From assembly GCF_009834535.1 (NCBI RefSeq), contig NC_045697.1:109990001-110054000 (forward strand): a stretch of DNA of 64,000 nt, written 5' to 3'. The notes under the pieces were generated by a model. That model saw only the letters and a list, made by a program, of their open reading frames with translations. It made no database searches and was not told where the DNA came from. The stretch is from Camelus ferus (taxonomy: Eukaryota). The translations under genes and the position numbers were made by a program. Shown piece by piece: positions 25,591 to 38,099 of the stretch. Positions within the stretch are counted from its first letter, which is position 1. Each line of letters begins with the position of its first letter.

Positions 25591-26787
25591 TTAAAAAGCA
25601 AGCAGGAAAGTTTAAGGAACATACCAGTCTGGCAAGTGTTTCTTATACTTGAAATAGACATCTCTGTCGGTGGCCCTGGGGTCAGCCTTGGTAGGAGGTA
25701 GCAAATGGGACATTTCATTTTATTTTCGAGTTGCATGTGTGTAAGCTTGTTTCTTATAAGAATGCTGATGACATTATTTTTGGCTATTAAGTGGTGGTCA
25801 AGTGTATGGAAATTAGGTGTTTTGTTATGGTAGATAATAACCGCTATCTTAGACATCTTTATACAAAGACCTAAGCTCGATGAAGACGCAGCCGAGCCGT
25901 TTTTGTGAATGCCTGTGGCCGGCCATAGGATATACAAGGTAAACTGTAACCAAGCAGATCCCTGATTCTTGGTGTAAGACTGCTTTTGCTATGAATTCAC
26001 AATGTCCAGTCTTTTGTCATATAACTATTACTGGATTTTGTTTGCAAGAATCTTTTAAAAATGAAAGAAAGGCTGAGTTGTGGACTTGACTTTATAGAAC
26101 ACCGCACGTGCCAGAGCCATTTCAAATCTTACCTCATTTCAAAATGCCTTCGTGGCTGATTTTATTTTTCATTTCTTTCCCTTATTTTAGATCGTTATAA
26201 CACATTTTGTAGGTCAGTGTCAAACAGCAAGACTTCACCAGTGTGGGGACTGTTGCTGGAAGTGATGCCAGAACACACAACTGTAATCCACTACGTTAAT
26301 GGAAAGGCAGCATTATGGCTGGCATTTTACATATGTGAAAATTGTGAAAACTCACAAACCCAATTCCCGCAACACACAGAAAACATAGCCCCGCTCTCTC
26401 TACTGTGAGCGGCCAGCCCACATGCAGTTAACGACTCCTCTCGTAGGTTAGGAGACCCTTGCTAGTTCCCACTTCAATAAACCATAAACTTTTGCATGCG
26501 CCCTAAATACCAGAGGGCTTGCAGTCATTTCGCTATTATCTACGTGCACTGGATAGGCGTCCACGCCGTCAGAGATCAAAGCGCAAGACAAAATGCTGCT
26601 CCTTTAATAACTGTACATTTTGATGCAGTCAACAGCTGCTCCACCCCCAGGAGAGCAGCAGCATGAAACATGGGGCTTTCTAGTCCCATTTGGGTTCCCT
26701 GGGTGTTCTGTTTACAGCTACAGTTTCCACTTGTGCACAAACCTCCCATTGCTTTGCTGAGCAGGGTTAGCAGGGCAAAATGGCAAA

Positions 26788-26915
26788 GGAGTGGTTCTCA
26801 ATTTGCTGCACTTGTTAAAATTATCTGGAAAGTTCTTTAAAATCCTGACACTTGGGCTGATGCAGACTCATCCCTTTGGAATCTCTGGAGATGGGACACA
26901 GGTGTTGGTCCCTGT
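26788..26915. mobile_element. MER5-like fragment
   Basis: agtggttctcaatttgctgcac...gaatctctggagatgggacacagg. Confidence 0.55.
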
Positions 26916-27782
26916 TTTGGGATCAACCTAGTTGGCTGTGCGCCCAGGTGGAGGGGCTGCTGTGAGGCATCTCTCCCCCACCCCCTCTTTTCTCTCTCTG
27001 GGCCGCTTTGTTTTCATAAGGTCCTTTCCTTCCCTCTAAATTCCCTAAACTCCAAAATGATTTTTTTTTCCCTTCATAAACTATTTCACAATAACATGAA
27101 AGCTTAATGTTCTCCCTAAAGGAAAATGACCTCCTTGCCCAAGTGCCCTGGACCCTGACTCCAGACCACCTGACCTTTGCCAGGTAAACCTTCACTTCCA
27201 GCTCGAGGCATTCTGAGACCTTCTGTGCTTATTCACAGGCATGGCTTTCCCACTGCTGGTTCCTTCCACTGCCTCCCTGTCTCATTGACAATCTACATCC
27301 TCAACTTGTTTGCATTTATGCTCCATTTTAAAATCCACATCATACTACAGTTTTCATTTGCACCTAATCTCCTTGGTTCCTAATCCTTTGCCTGGCCTCT
27401 TGTTTATGATTTGTACCAGTTCTCAAACTTGATTCTTAACTCTCATCTGAAAGACGGCCTTCTGGCTTTCCTCTTTACCTGTGGTACTTACTTGTCTCTG
27501 ATTCCCTTGCTCTCAGGCATTTCTGGAAATACCTCCCCGCATTCAGCCTCTCCCACAAGACCAAGATGCAGAGATTACCTGGCAGCCTCTGATAAGCTCA
27601 CTCTGCCCCCCAAAAATACTATGGACAAAGTCAGTGTCCCTTTGAAAACAAGGTTATTGTATTTGCTACCCACCCATACTTAAACCACTCAAGGGTCTGA
27701 CTTGTATTTTGAATGGAGGCATCTGTGCACAGGGTTGCCGTAGCATTACCTGTGGTTGCCCTCACACTTTTGAGGAAATGAC

Positions 27783-28507
27783 TGTTGCAAAACACGACCT
27801 CCATACCCTGCTTACCAAATTGATACTCAAGGACAGACTTTTGGGTGAATCAGAAAAGGCAGCTTTATTTCTTTGCCAGTCAAAGGATGCCATAGTGGGC
27901 TAATGCCTCGAAGACTGTGAGCCTGCAGGGGAGAGAAGGCAGGGGGTTTTGTAGTAAAATTTCAAGAGTTCAAGGGCCAGAGCTAGTTCCCATAGGGATT
28001 GCATACAGAATAACAAATTATTGCAAAGTTATTCTTGTTTTTGCAGGTGCAGTGGTCCCCTTTCCTCTGCTGGTTATGAAGTTCACCTCTGGCTTTCGGA
28101 CTCTCTTAATATTCTTGTACCTAGAATGAAAGATGCCTAGGAAGGGGCTCCATGGAAAAGAGCTCTAGAGAAAACTTTGTGCAGTTTAAAGTCAAGGTGA
28201 TAAATGCTTTTAGCCTGGAAACTCCTGCTGAAGGCTGAGGCTTGTAGCTCAAACAACAGGATACAAGGAAACCACGAGGGGTCAAGAGGAGGGCACTGGG
28301 AGCAAGATCAGGGCACTGATCATGATCCCTGCATGCAGCACCACAAGGGGGTTGGACAGACTACCTAAGCCTCCCTCCTTTCCAACCTAACCTTGATCAG
28401 CAATAGCATGAAAAAAATCTTTTAAACCTCTATTCAGTTAAGCAGTTACAAATACCATTACAGATAACAGATGGTCACCGATGACAATTAGGTCCTCCTC
28501 AGTTACA
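27783..28507 (-). mobile_element. Solo ERV1-type LTR, copy A (725 bp)
   Basis: TGTTG...TTACA termini, minus-strand AATAAAGCT at about 27861-27869, full-length similarity to copy B, degenerate TSD TGAC/CGAT. Confidence 0.88.
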
Positions 28508-31151
28508 CGATGTGTCAACACATACACACTCTAGGAAACTACCTGTGTCTCCACACAAAAGGATGTGCTGTGTGTGTGGGGGGGGGCACTAGTGCATGAA
28601 TCTATCTAGATTCTATGTTTGTTATTTTTAAATATTTTTAGAGATTTTAATTAGGAAATAACATATGCATTCTATGTTCTTTCCTTTCATTGATAAATTC
28701 TTTAATTCTTAACCAATTCTGTGAATGCTTAGCAAAAAGGTTGAGGATATATTTTGCATTTTAAAGCCCCATCTGTTTTCCCATCTATTGAAATGGAAAA
28801 AAAAAAGGAAAACCCCACTTGTACCATTTTCTTCTCAAGAGGTCACATTATTTTTTGCCTTTTTTTCCCAAGTGGCCTTCTGAGGGCACAAACATAACAC
28901 AATTTAGCCTCAAAGCTAATTGGAGTAAAACTATTTATAGTCTGAATAAAATATTTTTATAGACTTAAGTAGCATAAAAATCAACAGTAAACAGCTGTAT
29001 TTCTGTGAGAAATGAGAAGTGAGCCTACAGAACTCTATCACAGATTCTCTTTACTGCCTTTTAAAATCAGCACATTTTCACTATAAGAGGTGCTCAGTTC
29101 TTTCTATGGACACACTACCCCACGTCTCAGCTCTGCTCCTTCACTGGGGAATGTGCAAGGGGGAGGATGTGAAACAGAGATAATTGCAAAAACATGGGCC
29201 TTTCTGCTTCAGCTGCCAGCTTTCCCACCCTGAATAATACACTGGAATCTCAAGTTATGTGTAATTCTTTGTGAATAAAGCATAGGGTTATTTTGAAGGA
29301 AAACACACAAAGAAAAAGTGACTTGTTGGAAAGGGGGGGAAAAGCTACTTTTCTCCTGTTGTCAGGGTTATTATCAACCTTTTTGTTCTTAACCTTTTTT
29401 CCCCAGTATGAGATAAAGAGAAGTCAAAGTGAATTCATTAAACTTAAGTGTGTGTTTTTGGGGGCGGAAAGGAGATGTGTGTTAACACTTCCTTTTTGGG
29501 TCTCCATCATCAACTCCAGCAGCTATGGCTCTGCAGGGCTGCCCAAGCCCAGCTCTGTCCACGCCCCCACCCTCAACCTCCATGGCAGCCACTGTGGGCA
29601 GGCACTGACATGCCGATGTGCTGATGGTCACATTTTCCATCAGCAGTATTTAGCCATTTGGCACCATCCTCTGGCAATTTTGCCGACTGCCTTGGAGTTG
29701 CCTGTAGTGTGATCATGTGTTCCTCACAGACCGCCTGGGTGACTGTGATGCTAAGAGGCATTTAATTCTTCAGTGTTTAACATAAAGACATAAGTTACCT
29801 TTGTCTGTCAAAATCTGTGCACTCTGTTTCTGAACATGGTCCTGAATTGCTTTGGGGTTCAGGATAGTGCAATTCTGTTCTGATTAATGAAAAGTGGATT
29901 TGAAAATGAAGTACCAGTTGTTCCCATATCGGCACTTCTCTGCAGAAAGAGTTCCCATTGTGTAATTCAGGTCCCATGCCTGGCTCTTCTGGCCCCCATT
30001 TTCACACCGGTTGAGAAGAGGCACACACAGGAATTTATCATTTAACTGGAAACACCTATGTTCACAATTTGACAGCTATAGTATTTACTATTTATATTGT
30101 ATTTATATGATTATAGTATTTATGTCTGTTAAAGTGTTTTTTGCTCCATTGTTGACTCTCAAGTAAGGACATGGTTAAACCAGTTTCTAAACAATGACTT
30201 TCCTTTTTATAAATCTCATTAGTTTAATGTTCACTATAATAAATGCTTCCTGCTAAGCAAAGAATCTTTGGGAAGTCTGGCGGAAAATAAGAAGTATGAA
30301 AGGGCAAACTCACCCTTCTTGGTGGGCAGTGGGGGTGGGAACTCAACCACCCTTCTTTGCCTTTATTGCATAACTAGTCAGTGCTCTGCAAAAGGGGCCC
30401 CAGGAAGTTTTCCTAAGCATGCCTTAGGTAGTTCGGAGGCTCAGGTAAGGTGCACCCAGTCTTTAATGCCTGAGGGAAAGGATGAGTGCATCATCACCAA
30501 TTGGCTAGGGATTTATTCTGCACAAATAATCTAAGCATAGGGGAAAACAGAATTAATTAATAGCAGGTCTGAAAGCTTCCTCTCAGATTGGTACTTAGTT
30601 GCTGAAATCAGTCACTGATCCATCTGAGGACTCTGGAAGGGTCACATTCAAGTTCTCCACATATCAACAAAAGGGTTTCTATTCTATTTGTAATTATCTC
30701 CCACAGATTCATCCATGAATTTCCCTTCCATCTAAGTGTCCACATTAAGTATATCAAATAAAAAAGGATTAAAGAAAGTCAGAAGGAAAGGAAATTACAA
30801 TGAATTATCAAGAATATTCTGTGCATTATTTTTGAGGGCAACGCATGACCTGTGTGGGGGGAAAAGGACCCACTAGAGAGAACCTATGGAGTAGTTCCAT
30901 TTGGTCAATAACTCTGATTGCTCAGAACCACCCCAGTGAACTGTGTGATGAAGCTGTGAGGCAGGAGGCAGCCAGATTTCTCAAGTGTGCAGTGACTTCC
31001 ATCAAGGAACTACACTGCTTGGTACCTGGGGCAGTGGAAAGCAGAGAGGACCTCTACTTGAAGTGCTCCCTATCCTTCCTAACTCTGCAGTGATCTTGTG
31101 AATTGGATGATTGTGTTCCTTTAAGGATGTCTGCCACATAATTAGTCTCAA

Positions 31152-31902
31152 TGCTGACAAAACATGGCCTCCCTACCCCACTTATTGAATTGAGACACAA
31201 GGACAGAGTTTTGGATAAAGAAGAAAAGACAGCTACATTTCTTTGTCAGGCAAAGGCAGTCACAGTGGGCTAATGCATCTGACTGTGAGCCTACAGGGGA
31301 GAGAAGGCAGAGGGTTTTATAGTAAAAGCTCAAGAGTTCCAGGGCCAGAGCTAGTTTCCATAGAGATCACATACAGGACAACAAATTGTTGCAAAGTTAT
31401 TCTTGTTTTTGCAGATGCAGTGGTCCCCTTTCCTCTGCTGGGTATGAAGTTCATCTCTGGCTTTAGGACTCTCCTAATATTCTTATACCTAGAACAAAGG
31501 ATGCCTAGGAAGGGGCTCCATGGAAAAGAGCTCTAGAGAAAACCTTGTGCAGTTTAAAGTCAGGTTGATAAATACTTTTAGCCTTTTAAGCAGGCTGAGG
31601 CTTTGGACGTCCTAATGTAGGCTGAGATCTGCAGCTTGAACAACAGGATACAAGGAAAGCACAAGGGGTCAAGAGGAGGGCACTGGGGACAAAAGCAGGG
31701 CACTGAGCATGATCCCTGCATGCAGCACCAGCATCACAAGGAGGTTGGATGGACCACCCAAGACTCCCTCCTTTCCAGCCTAACCCTGGTCAGCAAGAGC
31801 ATGAGAAAAACCCTTTAAACCACTATACAGTTAAGCAGTTACAAGCACCATTATAGATATCAGATGGCCACTGATGATGACAATCAGGTCCTGCTAGTTA
31901 CA
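31152..31902 (-). mobile_element. Solo ERV1-type LTR, copy B (751 bp)
   Basis: TG...TTACA termini, perfect TSD TCAA (31148-31151 / 31903-31906), minus-strand CTATAAAA at about 31315-31322. Confidence 0.9.
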
Positions 31903-32760
31903 TCAATGTTCAAATAAACCTGTACTTATCTAGAGGAAGGTGATCTTGTTGCTAGCTGAAAAACAAATGCCTTTGGAATTTTTGTTTTTGTTTTTGTTTT
32001 TGTTTTTTTTGGTTCTTTTACACTTGTTTTTCTAGGCACCAACAAAGCCAGAAGATATTCCCTAATGAAGCCAGAGTCTGTCCATTAGCATCCATTTAAA
32101 TGACGTCTTTTCTTTCCAAAGCACACACATTCTTTACTGGTGAGTGAATAGACGAGAATGTGACATCCTTCCTGCCACCCTTCACATTAAGACACATTCC
32201 TTCTACTCTCTTAATAGTTTTGACATAGGCTAAGCCTTCCAGAGTTCATTTATAGAAATTCTAAATTCATGCAAATGCATCATTTTGCCAGTGAATTAAA
32301 GAAGAGAAACAGAGCATAGAAATAGAGCTGCAGGGGAAAAGCTGCACAAGGACCACCCTGGAATGGTGTAGAGATTCAATGTCTGTTTCCAATAATTGGT
32401 TTCTAGGAGGTGAATGAGTTATGTTTACAATTCCAATGGAGAAGAGGATGGAGAGGACATCTGCACTGAGTAGGGTAGGTTGGCATAACTTGTGACGAGT
32501 TGTGACCCCTGTTTGTAAGTGAGGTCAGGTATGTTTGCATAAAAATAGTGATGTGCCTTTGGGTACAGTGGTGCAGTTGGGCAGACAGGATCAAGAAAGA
32601 GAGAAGGGACAAAGGAGAGAGTCAGAGTGCATTGATGAAAACATCTAGGGTGGGAAATCCTGGCTTTGGTCTAAGCTCTGCCAGATAGTAGTTACTTCGG
32701 ACAATTCATTTCTGCTCTGTAGGCCTCAGGCTAGTCATCTTTAAAATGACTTTCATTATA

Positions 32761-33265
32761 CTGGTGATTCTCAAACTTTTTGATCTAAGGACCCTGACAC
32801 ACTCTAAAAAACTGAGAACTCCAAAAAGCTTTGATTTACACGGTTTCTATCTATTGATAATTACCATATTAGAAATTAAAATGTACAAATCTTTAAAACC
32901 TTTATTCATTTATTTAAAATAACAAACTCATTTCACCTTAACATAATATATGATTATAAAAATCATATTTTCCAGAACAGAAATAAATTTAGTGAGAAGA
33001 GTAACACGGTTTTGCACTTTTGCAAAATTTTTCAATGTTTTGACTTAACAGAAGACAACCAGATTCTCAGATATGCTTCTGCAGATTGAATCTGTTGCAA
33101 TTTCATATATCATGTAGCTTCTGGAAAACTCCACTGTACATGCACAAAAGAAAGAGTGAAAAAGCAAAATAATGGCTGAATATTATACAAATAGTTTTGA
33201 CCTTGTAGGTTTCTAGAAAGGGTCTTGGGAAAGTCTGTTTGTTTTCCCAAGACATAACAATACTG
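32761..33265 (+). mobile_element. hAT-Charlie element (Charlie4a-like), near complete
   Basis: gattctcaaactttttgatctaaggaccc...ccatattagaaattaaa...catgtagcttctggaaaactccactgtacat; a second copy starts at about 33968. Confidence 0.75.
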
Positions 33266-33627
33266 CCTTTTTTGTTTTATGTATGAAAGATACACATTAA
33301 ATTTTTCATGACCATGCACCTATTCCTTGATCCATGATCTTCAGATTTTTGGCAAATAGGAGGGGTCTCCCAGGTGCCTCAACTGCCCCCCACCCCCACC
33401 CCATTCTCCTCAGTCCTCCAGAGTATGCAATGGAAACTTCATAGGCCATTTCTGGCTGCTCTCTTGGCATTTATACCACACTGCCATCTCCCCCATCCCT
33501 TTCCCATTTTGTAATCTAGTCCCTTGGAATAGACATACGATGCAAAACCCCTGCCTCTGCCTGCGTTACAGGATGGTGAAGCGTTCTCCATCCTCTTGAC
33601 CTGAGGGCGTCTATTTGCTCTGCCCAT

Positions 33628-33850
33628 GATGTAGAGGAGTGAACATGGGCTTTAGAATTAGGCTTGGGCTGAAATCTAGTTCTGCCATTTATGTGGCTGT
33701 GGGCACATTAATTAATATCTTTGATCCTCATTTTCCTTGTTTATAAAATAAGGACAATTTATGTGATTGGTGTATGGATTAAATGTGATAATGTATGTAT
33801 TTCTTGTGAGACTTATGGTAGCCATTCAAAAATGGTAACCATTATTATTA
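33628..33850 (+). mobile_element. MIR
   Basis: aaatctagttctgccattt...cctcattttccttgtttataaaataagg...attattatta tail. Confidence 0.75.
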
Positions 33851-34089
33851 GACAAGAACATTAGAATTACTCATAAACTTGGGAGAAAAAATAATAAAAA
33901 AAGATTCTTTTGAGAAAGAAATGATTACTTTTCACTGTTCATTTGTTTATGTGAAGGAATTTCCATTAGTTAGTGTTCTCCATCTTTTTGTTTTAAGGAT
34001 CCTGTTACATTCTTATAAGCCTTTGAGACCACTAAAAGAACTTCTGTTTATGTGGGTTCTAGCTACTAATATTTTCCATATTAGAATTG

Positions 34090-37000
34090 TTTTCCTTTCT
34101 TCATTTTTAAAGTATAATTTACATTTATCCTGAAAATGATAAAAAAGTAAAATTTATACTTTTAAGTTTTGTATTTAAGTCTATGGTCCGTTTTTGAGTT
34201 AATTTTTGTATAGAGTACAAGAAATGGATCAAAACTCTTTTAGGGAGGTGACATATGGTAATCCAATTGTTTCAACACCATTTTTTGAAAAGAGCATCTT
34301 TTCTCCATTGAATTATCTTTTCTTCTTTGTTGAAAATATATTTTTCACATATAAGTTGGCCTATTTTTGTACACTTTTTTCTGTTTCAATGATCTATATG
34401 CCTACCTTTCACTAATACTACACTGTCCTGATTACTGTAGCTTTATACAGTAAGTCATAAAGTCAAGTAATGTGAGTTCTTTATTTTTTCTTTACAAAAT
34501 TAGACTACTAGTTCCTTTGAATTATCATATACATTTTAAAGTCAACTTTCCAATTTCTACAAAAAAAATTATTCTGGGATTTTAATTGGAATTGCATTGG
34601 ATCTATTAAACAGTTTGTGGAGAACTGATATTTTAACATCATTTGATCTTCTAATCTGTTGACATATTTCTTGATTTATCTATGCATTCTTTGATATTTT
34701 TCATCAAAATTCTTAAACTTACAGTGTATAGATTTTGCATGCATTTTCTTAGATCTATACCTAAGTATTTTATGTTTTTGGTGCTAAAATCAATGGCTCT
34801 TTTAAAAGATTTCATTTTCTGATCATTTATTACTAGCATATAGAACTTCACATAATTTTGTACTTAGATCTTTTGTCTTGTGATTTTGCTAAACTCATTT
34901 ATTAATGCTTGGAGCTTTTTTTCTGTTTTGTTTTGTTTTTTATAGATTCTTTGGGATTTTCTACATAAGACAAACATGTTGTCTATGAATAGAGACAATT
35001 TTATTTCTTCCTTTACAATCTACATACTTTTAATTTATTTTTCTTGCCTTATTGTAATGGCTAGGACCTATATTTTGATTTTGAATAGAACTTATGAAAG
35101 CACACATCTTTATTTTGTTCTCCTTCTTAGGGAAAAAGCATTCAGTATTTCTCCATTAACTGTAATGTTAACTCTAGGTTTTTGTAAACGACCTTTATCA
35201 AGTTGAGGAAGTTTCTTATATTCTTAACTTATTAAGAGTTTTTATAAAGAATGGATGTTAACTTTTGTAAAATGCTTTTTCTGCACCTACTGAAATGATC
35301 ATATGGTTTTTACACTTTCACTTGAATTACATTCAATTATTTTCAAGTGTTGCACGAGCCTCACATTCCTACAATAAACCTCACTTGCTCATTGTGTGTT
35401 ATCCTTTTTACATATTTGGGGGTTTAATTTACTAAAAGTTGTTAAGAATTTTTGTTTCTAGTTTCATGATGGAAATTGATCTATACTTTTCCTGTAATGT
35501 TTTCTTCTAGTTTTGGTATCAGGTAAGCCTGACTTCATAAAATAAATTGAAAAATATTCTCTCCTCTTCAACTTTCATGAAGAATTTGTGTAGAATACAT
35601 ATTACTTATTGGTAGTAGAATTCATCAATGAAGCTATCAGGTTTTGGAATTTCCTTGAGAATAGATTTCTAAATACAAATTCAGTTTGTTTAACAGGTAT
35701 AAGTCTATTCCTGTTATCTATTTCTTATTGAGTGAGCTTTGGTAATTTGTGTCTGTTATGGGTTGAATTATTTTACCTCAAAATTTGTATTTTGAAGTCC
35801 TAACACTCAGTACTTCAGAATGTGGCTTTGTTGGAAAATAGATCTTTTCAGACTTAATTAGTTGAAATGAGGTCATACTGGAGTACAGTATGACTGGTGT
35901 CCTTATAAAGAGAATGCCACAAAAGGGAGGAAGAGGAAGACAATGTGAAGACACAGGGAGAATACTGTGTGAAGATAGAGGCAGAGATCAGGGTTTCCTG
36001 GGTGGACCTGAGGTAATCAGAAGAGTCTTTTAAGAGGGAGGCAGGAGGTCAAAAAAGAGAGAATGCTACACTGCTGGCTTTCAAAATGGAGGAAGGGACA
36101 TGGGGCAAGGAGTGTAAGCTGACTCTAGGAGTCAGAAAATGCAAGGAAACAAAATTTCCCCTAAATCCTCCAGAGTAAACCCAGCTCTGTGGGCCCATTT
36201 TATAATTTTGACCTCCAGAACTGTAAGAGAATAGATTTGTATATATATTTTTAAGACACTAAATGTGTGGTAACTTGTTACAGCTGCAATAAGAAACTAA
36301 TACAATATTCATACCTTTTGTATTTTTCCAATGGTTGCTTTAAGGTTGATAGGATATGTATTTAGCTTATTATAGTCTACAATCAAGTAATATTATATAA
36401 ATTCATGCACATTATAAGAACCTTAAGATTTATACTTCTGTTTCCCCTATCCCAGTCTCTGTCCCAGTATTGTCATGCCTTTTTATTTTATATTTGTTAT
36501 AAATCCCACCATATATTGTATTGATTTTATTTTAATACAATGTTGAAATTTAGAAAAATGTATTTTATATTTACCCACATTTTTACTATTTCCAGGAATA
36601 TTTGTTCCACCATGTACATGCATATTTCCCTGTAGTGTTATTTCTCCTCTGTCTGAGGACTTTGTCACTTTCTGCAATGCAGGTATGCTGACGATGAATA
36701 TTTGGGGGTTTTAAATATCTGAAAAAGTCTTCATTTTTAAAAGGTATTTTTCCTCAATATAGAATTCTAAGTTGCATTCTTTCTGATGATAAATATGCTG
36801 TCATTTTCAATATAAACCATATTATCTTGTGTTATTGCATGTTTAGTTATTTTTGATTGGATGCAGAAATTGTGAATTTTACCTTGTTGGCTATTGGATA
36901 TTCTGACATATTTAAAAATATTTTTGAGTTTTATTCTGAGATATAGCTAAGTTGTTAGTAAATAGCTTGACACTTTTGAGGTGGACTGAGCTGCATTTTT

Positions 37001-37625
37001 AAACTTTGTTAAGTGCGAATGAAACAGCTTTTCTTCTAAGGCTAATTTTGCCCCACTACAGATACCAAGCACTTCTACCCAGTGCCTTACATATTAGTTT
37101 TTTTCATTATGACTCATGGGAACACAAACTATTCCTGGTCATGTGTGAGCCCTGTGGATTATTCCGAGTGTTCCTTTTAGGTAGTTCTTTCCCAGTGTTG
37201 TGTAGTTTTTTGTTTGTTTTTTAAGCCATGTACTCATCAGTATGCAGCTGAAGACTTGAAGGGGCTCTCCGCACATTTCCTGTGTTCTGTCTCTGGGCAG
37301 CTTTCTGTTCTCCAGTACTCTTCCCTGTGAACTCTAGTTACTCTAGCATTCCTAAACTCCCAGCTCCACTTTCTGAACACAGAGAGATCACTAAGCTTCA
37401 CCTAGGTTTCTTCCTGTCTGCCTTGAGGCCTGGAAATTCTCTCAAGGAAGTAATCTGAGGCAATTGTTGGACTCTCCTTGTCTATTTCCCCTCTCTTAGT
37501 ATCACAGTCCTGTGATACTTGTTGTCCAATGTCTAAAATCATTGTTTCCTTTCTTTTCTTTGTTTAATTTAAGAGGATATTTACGTATCCCTGTTGCTTC
37601 AACTTGGAAGGAAGTGAAGTTACTT
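34090..37625 (-). mobile_element. Old L1M (ORF2 to 5' region), interrupted by MaLR LTR
   Basis: Antisense ORF2 motifs, e.g. atccaattgtttcaacaccattttttgaaaagagcatcttttctccattgaatt. Confidence 0.85.
35754..36304 (+). mobile_element. MLT1 (MaLR) LTR, apparently a hybrid of two subfamilies
   Basis: TGTTATGGGTTGAATT start, AAGAAACTAATACA end, ctccagaactgtaagagaatagatttgt motif. Confidence 0.85.
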
Positions 37626-37749
37626 TACATCAGAAATTAAAAATAAGTTATTTTTTAAATGTTTATTTAAATATAACAATATTATACTTTTACTTACTAA
37701 CATAAATAACATATTTTTATAGATTTTTGAAACTTCTCAACACACACGT

Positions 37750-37970
37750 GTATTTAGAGAGTACACATTCCATTAATTCCATTAACACACACACACACCC
37801 ACACACACACACACATAATGATAACTATGTAGATTTGGTGGATAAGTTATTTAGCTTGATTGTGGTGATCTTTTCACAGTACATACATATAGCAAAACAT
37901 CAGTTATACACCTTAAATATACATAATTTTCATATGTCAAAGTTATCTCAATAAAGTTCTTTTTAAAAAA
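37750..37970 (+). mobile_element. L1MA-type 3' terminus with (CA)n
   Basis: tagcttgattgtggtgatcttttcacagtacatacatatagcaaaacatcagttatacaccttaaatatac...ctcaataaag. Confidence 0.75.
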
Positions 37971-38099
37971 CACAGGCAAATGGGAGGAAATTAACTACAC
38001 GTTCCTGGACAAAAAACCAGTTTAGTACACTTCTGCTTACATATCAGGATGTAATAAGCTGGGAGAAAGATGCTCTCATCCTTACTATGAAAAAGAGCC

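Noticed and set aside
27917..31536. Paralogous ORFs 27917-28129 and 31243-31536 with similar peptides
   Set aside because: Both lie inside the duplicated LTR on its antisense strand; the similarity comes from the repeat
27783..31902. Complete provirus or LTR retrotransposon bounded by two LTRs
   Set aside because: Separate TSDs, no PBS or PPT, no retroviral coding remnants in the spacer
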